DNA of 35,400 bases from Candidatus Atelocyanobacterium thalassae (GTDB lineage: Bacteria; Cyanobacteriota; Cyanobacteriia; Cyanobacteriales; Microcystaceae): positions 1 to 35,400 of the forward strand of contig JBFPLN010000002.1 of the NCBI GenBank assembly GCA_051971635.1, in the 5' to 3' direction. Of the stretch, positions 25,416 to 35,296 are shown piece after piece. The notes beneath the pieces were generated by a model. That model was not told the DNA's origin and did not search any database. It saw only the letters and a list, made by a program, of their open reading frames with translations. The first letter of the stretch is position 1. The number at the start of each line of letters is the position of its first letter. The translations under genes and the position numbers were made by a program.

Positions 25416-25742
25416 TATCTGAGTAGTTTATATTTTTCAAATATGAAAATATTGATTGTTTATATTATTATCTAAGCTTGTTATATCTAGTATATTAACT
25501 TGCACACTTATAATTGCAATATTAACAATAAAATAGCTATTGAAAACGAGGGTTAACCTTTTATTAAAACTTATTTTTTAATATCTCTTTATATTTTGTT
25601 ATACAAAGAGGTATGGTTTTCACAATTTAAACTATATACTTGTCTATATTCAACAGTTATTATAAGAGCGTAATCCGTTTATTAATTTTTCCATTATAAG
25701 TTTAGACAATTTACGGATTACCATAATAGCATTACCTAAATA

Positions 25743-27089
25743 ATGTACATGTTAGATAATATTCGATTAGCTTTAGCAATAGGAATAGCTAAAATAACAA
25801 CTTTTATTGTTAGATCTCTTAAATTAGGAGCTGCAAGTGTTCTGCCTGGAGCCATCTCTCTTCGCCTTTATCCTAAAATTTTATCAAAATTATGTAAGCA
25901 AGTTGCTGAAGAAATTATTGTAGTTATTGGGACGAATGGTAAAACTACAACATCTCTTTTACTGAGAACTATCTTAGAGAATCAGGGATGGAAGGTTAGC
26001 CACAATCGGACTGGAGCTAACTTAATCAATGGTTTGATTACAGCATTATTAGAAGATACCAATATGGCAGGAGAATTGGTTACAGATTTTGCAATTTTAG
26101 AAGTAGACGAAAATATTATCCCTTTACTACTAAAGGAGTGTAAACCTAAAATAATTATTGGTTTAAATATCTTTCGAGATCAATTAGATCGTTATGGAGA
26201 AGTAGACTCAATAAGCTTGGCTTGGCAAAAGGCGATTAGCTCTCTTCCTCATGAAACAATAATCATCTTGAATGCTGACGATCCAACCTTATCTTACTTA
26301 GGACAACAACTACTTCAACAAACTTTTTATTTTGGCTTATCAGAACCTGAACAATATTTAGAAGAAATACCTCACGCAACAGATTCGATATATTGTCCAA
26401 GCTGCGGTAATATCTTAGACTATCAAGGATTTTATCTTTCTCATTTAGGAGACTTTTGTTGTCCCAAGTGTGATTTCAAAAAAAGTCAAACAGCTCTTGT
26501 TAGTAAAGATTGGCCACAAATATTAGTTGGTACTTATAACAAATATAATACGTTAGCTGCAGGATTAACTGCTAAAAAGCTTGGCGTTAAATTGCCTGAA
26601 ATTTTTAATACTATTAAAGCATTTAAGCCAGCCTTTGGAAGAGCAGAAGAATTAATTATTGATAATAAGAAAGTTTGTATTTTATTATCCAAAAATCCTG
26701 TAGGTATGAATGAAACTATAAAAATAGTAAACAATTCAAAAAAAGAAGGGTGCTCTTCAACAACTTTATTGATATTAAATGATAGGATTCCTGATGGTAT
26801 AGATATTTCCTGGATTTGGGATGTAGATACAGAACTTTTAGTGACATTAGGCGGTAATCTCATAGTAAGTGGAGATCGAAGCTATGATATGGCTTTACGT
26901 TTAAAGTACAGTCAGCAGAGCTTAATAAAACAAGAAAATACAATTAATTTAATTACTGAAGAAAATTTAAATCAAGCTATAAAAATAGCTCTGAATTTGA
27001 CAACAGAAACAGAAACTTTATATATAATTCCAACATATTCTGCCATGTTAGAAGTTAGAGAAATAATGGTTGGTCGTAAAATTCTATAG
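25743..27089 (+). CDS. murT: MurT-type Mur ligase (DUF1727), lipid II isoglutaminyl synthase subunit
   Basis: GTNGKTTT, HNRTGANL, LEVDE, NIFRDQLDRYGE, Cys4 finger CPSC...CPKC, FGRAE, LSKNPVG, DISWIWDVD, PTYSAML. Confidence 0.85.
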   Translation: MYMLDNIRLALAIGIAKITTFIVRSLKLGAASVLPGAISLRLYPKILSKLCKQVAEEIIVVIGTNGKTTTSLLLRTILENQGWKVSHNRTGANLINGLITALLEDTNMAGELVTDFAILEVDENIIPLLLKECKPKIIIGLNIFRDQLDRYGEVDSISLAWQKAISSLPHETIIILNADDPTLSYLGQQLLQQTFYFGLSEPEQYLEEIPHATDSIYCPSCGNILDYQGFYLSHLGDFCCPKCDFKKSQTALVSKDWPQILVGTYNKYNTLAAGLTAKKLGVKLPEIFNTIKAFKPAFGRAEELIIDNKKVCILLSKNPVGMNETIKIVNNSKKEGCSSTTLLILNDRIPDGIDISWIWDVDTELLVTLGGNLIVSGDRSYDMALRLKYSQQSLIKQENTINLITEENLNQAIKIALNLTTETETLYIIPTYSAMLEVREIMVGRKIL

Positions 27090-27308
27090 AAATTTTTAAT
27101 TTAAATTAGTTAAGTGTATAAAAATAAAATTTAGCTACAAATAGCGTAAGCATATTATTAGTATTTGATAAAATTTAATGGTTTAAATAGGTTATTTTAT
27201 TAAAAAAATCATTTTAGGTATAAATTTTGCACTAAAATAACTAGTTATGTGCTATGATTAGGTCTCATGCGTGAACAAAAAACATTACCAAGTTTTCACT
27301 AAACGTAT

Positions 27309-27625
27309 GGGGGCGTGGCGGAATGGTAGACGCTACGGACTTAAATAACTGAGCCTTGCTGAAGAGATTTAGCGAGTGTAAGCTCTCAAATTCAGGGAAT
27401 CCTAAGTTTTGGCACAGCCTAGATAAGGTAATCCTGAGCCAAGCCTAGCTTGTAAAATAGCTAGAAAGGTGCAGAGACTCAACGGGAGCTACCCTACCTT
27501 AAATTAATGAGAGGGTAAAGAGAGAGTCCGATTCTTAAGGTCTAGTTAGACAATAGTGAAAACTATGTGAAGAATGAAAATCCGTTGACCGCAAGGTCGT
27601 GAGAGTTCAAGTCTCTCCGCCCCCA
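27309..27625 (+). tRNA. trnL: tRNA-Leu(UAA) split by a group I intron; exons 27309-27342 and 27577-27625
   Basis: Acceptor stem GGGGGCG/CGCCCCC+A, D arm GGCGGAATGGTAGACGC, anticodon stem ACGGA/TCCGT with loop CTT^AAAA, variable arm GACCGCAAGGTC, T arm GAGAGTTCAAGTCTCTC. CCA is not encoded. Confidence 0.95.
27343..27576 (+). ncRNA. Group I (IC3) self-splicing intron of tRNA-Leu(UAA), 234 nt, no homing endonuclease ORF
   Basis: Inserted after U34. Core elements CTCTCAAATTCAGGGAA, AATCCTGAGC, GTGCAGAGACTCAACGGGAGCTACCCT and GAGAGAGTCC; ends in AGAATG (omega-G). Confidence 0.93.
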
Positions 27626-27641
27626 CTATCTTAATAAATAA

Positions 27642-27701
27642 CTAAAAACTAGAAAGAGAACCATAAGCATATTTATTTATGGTTCTCTCTCTAGTTTTTA
27701 G
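27642..27701. terminator. Long inverted repeat between convergent trnL and rnj (25-bp arms, 1 mismatch)
   Basis: CTAAAAACTAGAAAGAGAACCATAA / TTATGGTTCTCTCTCTAGTTTTTAG. Confidence 0.75.
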
Positions 27702-27752
27702 CTATAGCACTTGTTGGCTATAACTAAAAATTTAGGCTAAATATAGCTTGAG

Positions 27753-29522
27753 TTAAGATGCTAAAGAGGCTGTTGATCGACGTCGACGATAAACTTTTGG
27801 ATTGGTTTTAGACTTTGAAGAAGAAGATATATCTGGAATTTGCAAGATAAATATTACTAGTGGTTCGCTACGTAATTCTCTTTTTATGAGTCTTTGTAAG
27901 GTAGTTTCGATTTCTTCTTTCACGCAAGACCAATTAAGTCTATTGTTATCATCATCTGAAACGAATTCTTCCCAACGGTTTTTTAAAATATTTTCAATTG
28001 CTCGAATAATAAGTTGCCGTAATACAGGCGTCTCTACTTTAGTTACTACCCCACGGAGGTCGACTTGTGGAGGATCTGTTAATTCCCTATCTTGACTAAT
28101 AGATGCTGCTATTGTGATTACTCCATCTTTAGCAAGTTGTTGACGATCTTGTAATACATTTTCATGTACTACTCCTGACTGATCAACTAATTCGATACCA
28201 GAAGGAACTTTTCCAGCAAGGCTAATGTTATTACTAGATAATTCTATTACATCTCCATTATTTACTATAATGATATTTTCAGAACTAATCCCCATCTCAT
28301 AAGCAGTTTGGGCATGTTTTACTAACATGCGATGCTCTCCATGAACTGGAACAAAAAATTTAGGACGAGTTAAAGCCAACATTAACTTATGATCTTCTTG
28401 AGAACCGTGGCCAGAAACATGTATACCATGATGACGACCATAAATGACATTTGCTCCCTGCATCATTAAACGATCAATAGTGTTAACAACAGCAATAGTA
28501 TTTCCCGGTATTGGATTAGCTGAGAAAACTATAGTATCTCCTTGACGTACTTTTATATGACGATGATCGCCTCTAGAAATACGTGTTAAAGCAGCTAGTG
28601 GTTCACCTTGTGAACCAGTTGTTAAAACAAGAACCTGTTTGTCTGGTATATTACGCGCTCCCTTAAGTGAAACAAATAAATCTTCTGAACATGTTATGTA
28701 TCCTAATGTTCTTGCATGAGCAATAACATTCAACATAGAACGTCCTACAACAACTACCTTGCGTTTATGTTTTTGAGCAAGCTGTAGAATGATATTAACT
28801 CGATGAACTGAAGAAGCAAAAGTAGTTATCATTAAACGTCCTTCGGCTTGAGATATTATGCGATCTAAATTTGGATAAACAGATCTCTCTGAGGCAGTAC
28901 TTCCAGGAAGTTCAGCGTTAGTAGAATCACTTAATAAGCAAAGTACTCCTTTTTCTCCATGTTCAGCAAGCTTTTGAAAATCAAAATATTCACCATCAAT
29001 AGGAGTATAATCAACTTTAAAATCTCCAGTATGAATGATCACTCCTAGAGGCGTATGAATAGCTATAGTAAAACTATCAGCGATTGAATGAGTGTTACGA
29101 ATAAATTCTACTAAAAAAGATGGACTAATTCTTGTCATCTCTCTTGGCCCGACTGTTTTTAAGGTGGTGCGGCTACTTACTCCTGCTTCATCTAACTTAT
29201 CTCTTAATAATGCGATAGCAAGTTTTGGACCGTAAATAATAGGAATGTCAAATTGTTTCAAATGATAAGCAATTCCACCTATGTGATCTTCATGTCCATG
29301 AGTCGCTATCATACCTTTAATCTTGTGGCGATTTTCTCTAAGGTAAGTCATGTCAGGAAGAACAATATTTACACCATGCATTTCATCAGTTGGAAAAGCA
29401 ATACCTGCGTCAATTAAAATAATTTCATCTTCGTATTCTAAAACACAGGTATTTTTACCTATTTCATGAAGCCCTCCTAAAGGAATAATTTTTAATGTAG
29501 ACTCTTTATTAATTTGGTTCAT
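27753..29522 (-). CDS. rnj: Ribonuclease J
   Basis: IIPLGGLHEIGKN, THGHEDHIG metallo-beta-lactamase motif, HTGDFKVD, DSTNAE, FASSVHR, TGSQGEP, HVSGH, PVHGE. Confidence 0.96.
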   Translation of the reverse strand: MNQINKESTLKIIPLGGLHEIGKNTCVLEYEDEIILIDAGIAFPTDEMHGVNIVLPDMTYLRENRHKIKGMIATHGHEDHIGGIAYHLKQFDIPIIYGPKLAIALLRDKLDEAGVSSRTTLKTVGPREMTRISPSFLVEFIRNTHSIADSFTIAIHTPLGVIIHTGDFKVDYTPIDGEYFDFQKLAEHGEKGVLCLLSDSTNAELPGSTASERSVYPNLDRIISQAEGRLMITTFASSVHRVNIILQLAQKHKRKVVVVGRSMLNVIAHARTLGYITCSEDLFVSLKGARNIPDKQVLVLTTGSQGEPLAALTRISRGDHRHIKVRQGDTIVFSANPIPGNTIAVVNTIDRLMMQGANVIYGRHHGIHVSGHGSQEDHKLMLALTRPKFFVPVHGEHRMLVKHAQTAYEMGISSENIIIVNNGDVIELSSNNISLAGKVPSGIELVDQSGVVHENVLQDRQQLAKDGVITIAASISQDRELTDPPQVDLRGVVTKVETPVLRQLIIRAIENILKNRWEEFVSDDDNNRLNWSCVKEEIETTLQRLIKRELRSEPLVIFILQIPDISSSSKSKTNPKVYRRRRSTASLAS

Positions 29523-29660
29523 TTTTCTCCTTAGTTATCTAAAATATATAAAGCTCAAAATTTAAATAAAAACTATAATTCAATAATATCTAATTTGTAT
29601 TTTTAAAAATATTTATTAGTAATTAATTATTTATTTATCCTAAACTAATATCGTTACTAA

Positions 29661-30560
29661 TTATTTACTTTTAATTAACATTAATTCTTCTAAGACTAGT
29701 TTAATCTCTTCCTTTAGTACTTTTGATATCTCTACTAAAGGAAGTCTAACCCCTCCCACTAACCATCCCTGTAAATTCAATGCTGCTTTAATTGGAATTG
29801 GATTAGTTGTGCAAAATAAAACTTTAAATAATGGGAAAAGTTTTAAATTTATTTCACTTGCTTGAGTTTCTTGGCTTTTATTAAATGCTTGTATCATTTT
29901 TTGAATTTCTAATCCAACTAGATGACTAGCAACACTAATAACACCCATACCCCCAGCTGTAAGAAAAGGCAAAGTTGAACAATCATCTCCTGCATAAATG
30001 AGAAAAGAGGGATCAGTCATTAAACGTATTGCATACACTTGTTCTAAATTACTAGAAGCTTCTTTAATACCAATAATATTTTCAATTTCTGCTAATTTAG
30101 CAATGGTTTCTGATGATAAATTTTGACCAGTGCGTCCAGGTACATTATATAAAATGATTGGAAGATCACTAACAGATTGAGCAATTTTTTTAAAATGTTG
30201 ATAAAGTCCTTCTTGTGGTGGTTTATTATAATAAGGAACTACTTGCAAGGATCCGTCTAATCCCATTTTAGAGATTTCTTGAGTCATCTCAATAGCATGG
30301 ACTGTAGAATTTGCTCCTGTCCCAGCAATAACTTTTGCTCTGGTTCCTACAGTTTCTTTAACTATTTGAAATAATTTAGATTTTTCTGACCAACTTAAAG
30401 TAGGTGACTCTCCAGTAGTACCACAAACGACTAAACTGTCGCTGCCATTATTAACTAGATAAGTAGCTAATTGTTCCACAACAGGATAATTAACATTTCC
30501 TTCTTTATCAAATGGAGTTACCATAGCGGTAATTACTTTGCCAAAACTTCGGTCACTCAT
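29661..30560 (-). CDS. dapA: 4-hydroxy-tetrahydrodipicolinate synthase
   Basis: [50 protein letters not shown]. Confidence 0.96.
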   Translation of the reverse strand: MSDRSFGKVITAMVTPFDKEGNVNYPVVEQLATYLVNNGSDSLVVCGTTGESPTLSWSEKSKLFQIVKETVGTRAKVIAGTGANSTVHAIEMTQEISKMGLDGSLQVVPYYNKPPQEGLYQHFKKIAQSVSDLPIILYNVPGRTGQNLSSETIAKLAEIENIIGIKEASSNLEQVYAIRLMTDPSFLIYAGDDCSTLPFLTAGGMGVISVASHLVGLEIQKMIQAFNKSQETQASEINLKLFPLFKVLFCTTNPIPIKAALNLQGWLVGGVRLPLVEISKVLKEEIKLVLEELMLIKSK

Positions 30561-30643
30561 TCGTTTTGCTATAAGTTATTATTCTTTTTAAAAATATACT
30601 GAGTGAATATTTCACTTAACCATTTAGCATTAATATTGTCAAG

Positions 30644-31657
30644 TCAATAATTTTCATTAATTAATAGTTCAGCTATTTGAATTGCATTTAATGCTGCTCC
30701 TTTAAGAATTTGATCACCACAAATCCACAATTCTAAGCCACAAGGATGAGAAATATCTTGACGAACTCTTCCAACTAATACATCATCGTTACTAGACGCA
30801 TCAAATGGCATAGGAAAACGATTTTTTTGCCAATCTTCAAATAACTGAACTCCCGAAGTTTGAAGGATAATTTCTCTTGCTTTATCTATTGGAAACGGTT
30901 CATCAAACTCTAAATTAATAGATTCAGAATGAGCTCGCAGTATAGGAACTCTTACACAAGTGGCTGTTACTTTTAAGTCTGGTTCATTAAAAATTTTACG
31001 GGTTTCATTTACCATTTTCATTTCTTCTTCACAATACCCCATATCAGTCATCTTAGAATCATGCAGAAAAAGATTGAAAGCAAGGGGATAAGGTAAAATT
31101 TTTGCTTCAGGTTTCTTGTCATCAAAAATATCTTTAAATTGTTTTTTCATTTCTTCTATTGCTTGCATCCCAGCTCCACTAACAGACTGGTAAGTGGATA
31201 CAACTATTCTTTTAATGGGCTGAGTCTTATGTAGTGGATAAATAGCCATAGCCATAAGAATGGTTGTACAGTTAGGATTCGCAATAATTTGGTTATGGCC
31301 AACTAAGGAACTGGGATTAATTTCTGGTATTACTAGAGGGACATTAGGATCCATACGAAAAGCACTAGAGTTATCTATCATCACAGCTCCTGCACTTGTA
31401 ATAGCTTTTACCCAAGTTTTAGACACAGAACTTCCAGCAGAAGCTAATACTAAATCAATATTGTTAAAGGAATTTATCTTAACTTCCTCTACTTCTAATG
31501 CTTCACCCTTAAATATTAATTTATTTCCTGCAGAACGAGAAGAAGCTAAAAGCTTAAGGTTTTTCAAGGGGAAATTACGGCTTTCTAAAAGTTTTAGTAA
31601 CTCAGTGCCAACGGCTCCTGTCGCCCCTAATATGGCGATATTAACTGGCTTGGACAA
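30644..31657 (-). CDS. asd: Aspartate-semialdehyde dehydrogenase (TTG start)
   Basis: GATGAVG, DNSSAFRM, IIANPNCTT, STYQSVSGAG, TCVRVP..RAHSE, KGAALNAIQIAE; AGAGGAAGG SD upstream on the minus strand. Confidence 0.96.
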   Translation of the reverse strand: MSKPVNIAILGATGAVGTELLKLLESRNFPLKNLKLLASSRSAGNKLIFKGEALEVEEVKINSFNNIDLVLASAGSSVSKTWVKAITSAGAVMIDNSSAFRMDPNVPLVIPEINPSSLVGHNQIIANPNCTTILMAMAIYPLHKTQPIKRIVVSTYQSVSGAGMQAIEEMKKQFKDIFDDKKPEAKILPYPLAFNLFLHDSKMTDMGYCEEEMKMVNETRKIFNEPDLKVTATCVRVPILRAHSESINLEFDEPFPIDKAREIILQTSGVQLFEDWQKNRFPMPFDASSNDDVLVGRVRQDISHPCGLELWICGDQILKGAALNAIQIAELLINENY

Positions 31658-32313
31658 TTGACCTTCCTCTCTACATTATCGAGCCAACAATTTTATCATT
31701 ATGTAATAACGTGAAAACTTTTTCTTATTAATAATTAATATCTAACCATTTTCCTTTTACGAATGAATCATTTAACCTGCCATCTTAGTTAATAAAATTT
31801 ATTTTAATTCATTGAGTGGGATCAATTTAAAATATACAAACTTTTTGTATATTTTACTCCAGGAATACTTATCCAGATATAAATATTTTAAAGTATATAT
31901 AATTAAACTTTTAAAACAATCCTTTACCGCAGTTATATTACTTTTACGAAGAAACCCTATTAATAGTACTTTTTATGTATATTCATACTATTCGTCTTTT
32001 TATAAAAATATGTTATCAATCAATATATTTTTATTTTATTAATAATAGATTGAGTAAAGGAAACAAACTTCTAATACATTCATTAATTTTTGCCTATAAT
32101 TGGAGCTTAATATGATTAATTTACTATATTCAGCCATTATATATAATGATATTTTCTACTAAAATTGCGAAAGGTAGTATAAACTATGAGAGTGATGGGA
32201 ATTTATCAAAAGCAAGTGTATATAATATCTTATTACTTAATATATTATAGACATTAAATATTTCCCATTTCATTTAAAATTAACCTTAATTTTCTAAGCT
32301 CTAAAAACCTTTC

Positions 32314-32874
32314 ATGATTTCTAGTAATGATTTTCGGAGCGGTGTCTCTATTGAGTTAGATGGTTCAGTATGGCGCGTTATTGAGTTTCTACATGTTAAG
32401 CCTGGCAAAGGTTCAGCTTTCGTTCGAACTAAATTAAAGAATGCTCAAACGGGAAATGTAGTGGAAAAAACCTTCCGTGCAGGAGAAAGTGTTCCTCAAG
32501 CTAATCTCGAAAAACGTACCATGCAACATACCTATAAAGACTCAGGACAGTATGTTTTCATGGATATGGAAACTTTTGAAGAAGTTCAGTTAAGTCTCCA
32601 ACAAATGGGAACAACTGTAAACTATGTTAAAGAAGAAATGGAAGTTGATATTCTTTTCTGGAATGAAAAAGTATTGGAAGTTCAATTACCAACTTCTGTT
32701 GTTTTAGAAATTACAGAAACTGACCCTGGTATAAAAGGAGATACTGCTACAGGTGGTACGAAACCTGCCATTGTAGAGACTGGGGCTCAAATAATGGTTC
32801 CTTTATTTATCACTATTGGTGAGAAGATTAAAGTTGATACCCGTGATGGCTCCTATTTAGGACGAGAAACTTAA
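32314..32874 (+). CDS. efp: Elongation factor P
   Basis: [39 protein letters not shown]...[12 protein letters not shown]. Confidence 0.97.
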   Translation: MISSNDFRSGVSIELDGSVWRVIEFLHVKPGKGSAFVRTKLKNAQTGNVVEKTFRAGESVPQANLEKRTMQHTYKDSGQYVFMDMETFEEVQLSLQQMGTTVNYVKEEMEVDILFWNEKVLEVQLPTSVVLEITETDPGIKGDTATGGTKPAIVETGAQIMVPLFITIGEKIKVDTRDGSYLGRET

Positions 32875-32875
32875 A

Positions 32876-32916
32876 ATTAAACCTGGTTGTCCATATTTTA
32901 GATAACCGGGTTTAAT
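32876..32916 (+). terminator. Hairpin between efp and accB (16-bp stem including two G-U pairs)
   Basis: ATTAAACCTGGTTGTC / GATAACCGGGTTTAAT; both mismatches are G-U compatible on the + strand transcript. Confidence 0.6.
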
Positions 32917-32962
32917 ACCTACTTAAACGTATTTTTACGAGTAGTTATAGGATGGATAGTCT

Positions 32963-33430
32963 GTGTCAATTAATTTTAAAGAGCTTCGTGAGTTGTTAGG
33001 GGCGATAGCCCAAACCGATATTTCTGAGGTCACCTTAAAAACAGAGGCTTTTGAGTTAAAAGTGAGTAGAGAAGTAAAAATAACAACTTCTACTCCACCA
33101 ATATCAGCAGAGGTGGCCACTACTAACACCTCTATACTTTCAACAAATTCCGTTCAAACAATTTCGACCACTCCTTCCAGTCATGAACATTGGGTACCAA
33201 TTACATCCCCTATGGTTGGTGTATTTTATCGTGCTTCGGCTCCAGAAGAGCCTCCATTTGTTGAAGTTGGAGATCATGTTAGTAAAACTCAAACAGTTTG
33301 TATAATTGAAGCAATGAAACTGATGAATGAAATTGAGGTGGAAACGGCAGGAGAGATTATGGAAATTCTTGTAAAGAATGGTGAACCTGTAGAATATGGG
33401 CAAACCTTAATATGGGTAAACCCTAAATAA
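32963..33430 (+). CDS. accB: Acetyl-CoA carboxylase biotin carboxyl carrier protein (GTG start)
   Basis: [12 protein letters not shown], biotinylation motif [17 protein letters not shown]; efp-accB synteny is typical of cyanobacteria. Confidence 0.96.
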   Translation: MSINFKELRELLGAIAQTDISEVTLKTEAFELKVSREVKITTSTPPISAEVATTNTSILSTNSVQTISTTPSSHEHWVPITSPMVGVFYRASAPEEPPFVEVGDHVSKTQTVCIIEAMKLMNEIEVETAGEIMEILVKNGEPVEYGQTLIWVNPK

Positions 33431-33540
33431 AAAGCTATAAAATATAGTCTAATATTTCAAAGCTAAATATATTGGGAATGAAAAAATTTTGCTGTTCTTT
33501 ACTATATGCTTTGATTCAAAAATAATATAAAGTCTTTACA

Positions 33541-33662
33541 GGAAATTTTTACTCCCTCACTATAGACGTTATCGACTGAATGAATAAAAGGTTTAATAGT
33601 ATACTATTAAACCTTTTATTCATTCAGTCGATAACGTCTATAGTGAGGGAGTAAAAATTTCC
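33541..33662. repeat. Perfect 122-bp palindrome (61-bp arms, no spacer) overlapping the 3' end of the ABC ATPase gene
   Basis: 33541-33601 is the exact reverse complement of 33602-33662; the centre reads TAATAGTATACTATTA. Confidence 0.95.
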
Positions 33663-34779
33663 CATTAGCTTGGTGTCTTATTCCATCCCAATAAAACCAG
33701 TGAATATTATGATCATAAAAATTTAAGAGAATATCATTACCAATATTTAATTGTCCTTGATTCTTAATTAACGCCCTAATTATTAATTTTGATCCTTTTA
33801 TTTGAACGCTAATTAAGCTTTCCTTTCCTAGCTCTTCAACTAATTTAATTTCTCCACTAATTTTAAAGCATTTACTCAATGAATTAGATTGATAGATATC
33901 TTCAGGGCGAATGCCTAAGACAACATACTTAGGCCATTTACTTTTACCATTTATTTCCCATATATACTGGGGGTCAAGATAACTTAAGGGGATCAAGAAA
34001 TCACCTAAAACTGCGTGATTTCCCTGACAACGTAACTCTAGTAAATTCATTTGAGGACTTCCAACAAAACCTGCTACAAATTGGTTGGCTGGACGCTGAT
34101 AAATTTCCCGAGGAGAAGCTAATTGCTGTACTTCACCACCAAATAATACTGCAACCTTATCTGATAAAGTCATAGCTTCAGTTTGATCGTGGGTAACGTA
34201 TACCACAGGCTTATTCTGCTCTATGAATATTTGCTTGAGCTCAGCCCTTACTTGTTCTCTTAAAAGTGCATCTAAATTACTTAATGGTTCATCAAGTAAA
34301 AAAATATCTGGATTCCTAACTAATGCACGAGCCAATGCGATTCTTTGCCTTTGCCCACCCGAAAGTTTTCTTGGCTTTTCTGATAAACAATCTTTACCTT
34401 CTTGTAGCTTTAACTGTTTTGCTGCTTTCTGAATGCGCCGTTCAATTTCTTCTTCCGAAAGTTTACGAATTTTTAGAGCAGTAGCAATATTTTCTCTCGC
34501 CGTCATATGAGGATAAAGAGCATAACTTTGAAATACCATTGCTATATTGCGATCTCCAGCTGAAATATTAGTTACATTTTTTTCTCCAATAAATATTTCT
34601 CCTTGTGTTGGAGTTTCTAATCCTGCAATTAATCTTAGAAGAGTTGATTTTCCACAACCAGAAGGTCCCATGATGGCAACGAACTCGCCTTCCTTGATTT
34701 CCACGTTCACATTATTCAATGCAGTCGTGTCTACATCTTCAGTGATATATATTTTGCGTAAGTTTTTAGCTTGTATCAT
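33616..34779 (-). CDS. ABC transporter ATP-binding protein, MalK/MsmX sugar-import type, with an apparently foreign LolD/MacB-type N-terminus (chimeric ORF)
   Basis: From residue ~47: LLRLIAGLE, RNIAMVFQSYALYPHMT, LSGGQRQR, LLDEPLSNLDA, YVTHDQTEAMTL, FVAGFVGSPQMN, LGIRPED (MalK with TOBE). Residues 1-37, MIQAKNLRKIYITEDVDTTALNNVNVEIKEGEFVAIM, are Bacteroidota LolD-like. Confidence 0.85.
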   Translation of the reverse strand: MIQAKNLRKIYITEDVDTTALNNVNVEIKEGEFVAIMGPSGCGKSTLLRLIAGLETPTQGEIFIGEKNVTNISAGDRNIAMVFQSYALYPHMTARENIATALKIRKLSEEEIERRIQKAAKQLKLQEGKDCLSEKPRKLSGGQRQRIALARALVRNPDIFLLDEPLSNLDALLREQVRAELKQIFIEQNKPVVYVTHDQTEAMTLSDKVAVLFGGEVQQLASPREIYQRPANQFVAGFVGSPQMNLLELRCQGNHAVLGDFLIPLSYLDPQYIWEINGKSKWPKYVVLGIRPEDIYQSNSLSKCFKISGEIKLVEELGKESLISVQIKGSKLIIRALIKNQGQLNIGNDILLNFYDHNIHWFYWDGIRHQANGKFLLPHYRRYRLNE

Positions 34780-34852
34780 TGTTTTTATGGTTTATTTGAT
34801 ATCGATTTTAAGTTCTTTGTGATTAAATAATTTGGATGGGGTCTTACATTAT

Positions 34853-34894
34853 AGCTATAAGCTGTTAGCTGTTATTTGTTAGCTGACAGCTGTT
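34853..34894 (+). repeat. Six tandem 7-nt units, consensus AGCTGTT
   Basis: AGCTATA AGCTGTT AGCTGTT ATTTGTT AGCTGAC AGCTGTT, immediately upstream of the four-helix-bundle gene. Confidence 0.85.
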
Positions 34895-34924
34895 AGTTTC
34901 AATAAGTATCCAAATAATTCAATT

Positions 34925-35296
34925 ATGCGTGATTTTAAAAGTCTTTTTGTATGGCAAAAGAGCCATGAATTAACATTATCTATTTATAAGTCGACTTCAG
35001 GATTTCCTAAAGAGGAACTTTTCGGTCTCATAAGTCAAATGAGACGGTCTTCTTCATCAATCTCAACTAACATTGCAGAAGGACGTGGAAGGACAACTCA
35101 ATCTCAAATGGCTCATTTTCTAAATATTGCTTTGGGTTCAGCATCTGAATTGAGATATCAAATACTGCTATCCAAAGATTTAGAGTTCATTTCAGAACAA
35201 ATTTTCATAGAACAATCTGACCTAGTTGTTGAAGTCATGAAAATGCTTACTTCACTATATCAACAAGTCAATAAATCAAAAGCTAACAGCCAATAG
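34925..35296 (+). CDS. Four-helix bundle protein (23S rRNA intervening-sequence protein / TIGR02436-like)
   Basis: MRDFKSLFVWQKSHEL..IY..T..FPKEELFGLISQMRRSSSSISTNIAEG.GR...FLNIALGSASEL.YQ..LS.DL are the family signature motifs. Confidence 0.92.
   Translation: MRDFKSLFVWQKSHELTLSIYKSTSGFPKEELFGLISQMRRSSSSISTNIAEGRGRTTQSQMAHFLNIALGSASELRYQILLSKDLEFISEQIFIEQSDLVVEVMKMLTSLYQQVNKSKANSQ

Noticed and set aside
27227..27258. Sigma70-type promoter for trnL (TTGCAC ... TGCTATGAT)
   Set aside because: The -35/-10 spacing is 20 nt. An extended -10 alone is plausible but cannot be distinguished from chance in AT-rich DNA.
31812..32042. 76-aa ORF in the asd-efp divergent spacer
   Set aside because: TTG start, composition dominated by Y/F/I/L/K/N as expected from random AT-rich DNA, and no motif.
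33541..33662. Palindrome as a hairpin-telomere / protelomerase target site
   Set aside because: A spacer-less palindrome fits superficially, but it is embedded between ordinary genes, one arm is coding sequence, and there is no telomere resolvase in the window.
34853..34894. CRISPR array or cyanobacterial STRR repeats
   Set aside because: The units are 7 nt with no spacers, do not match the STRR consensus sequences I know, and lie in the Bacteroidota-like segment.
34925..35296. Four-helix bundle as the Avd of a diversity-generating retroelement, or as part of a 23S rRNA IVS
   Set aside because: There is no reverse transcriptase, TR/VR pair or rRNA sequence in the visible flanks; the neighbours are transporter genes.
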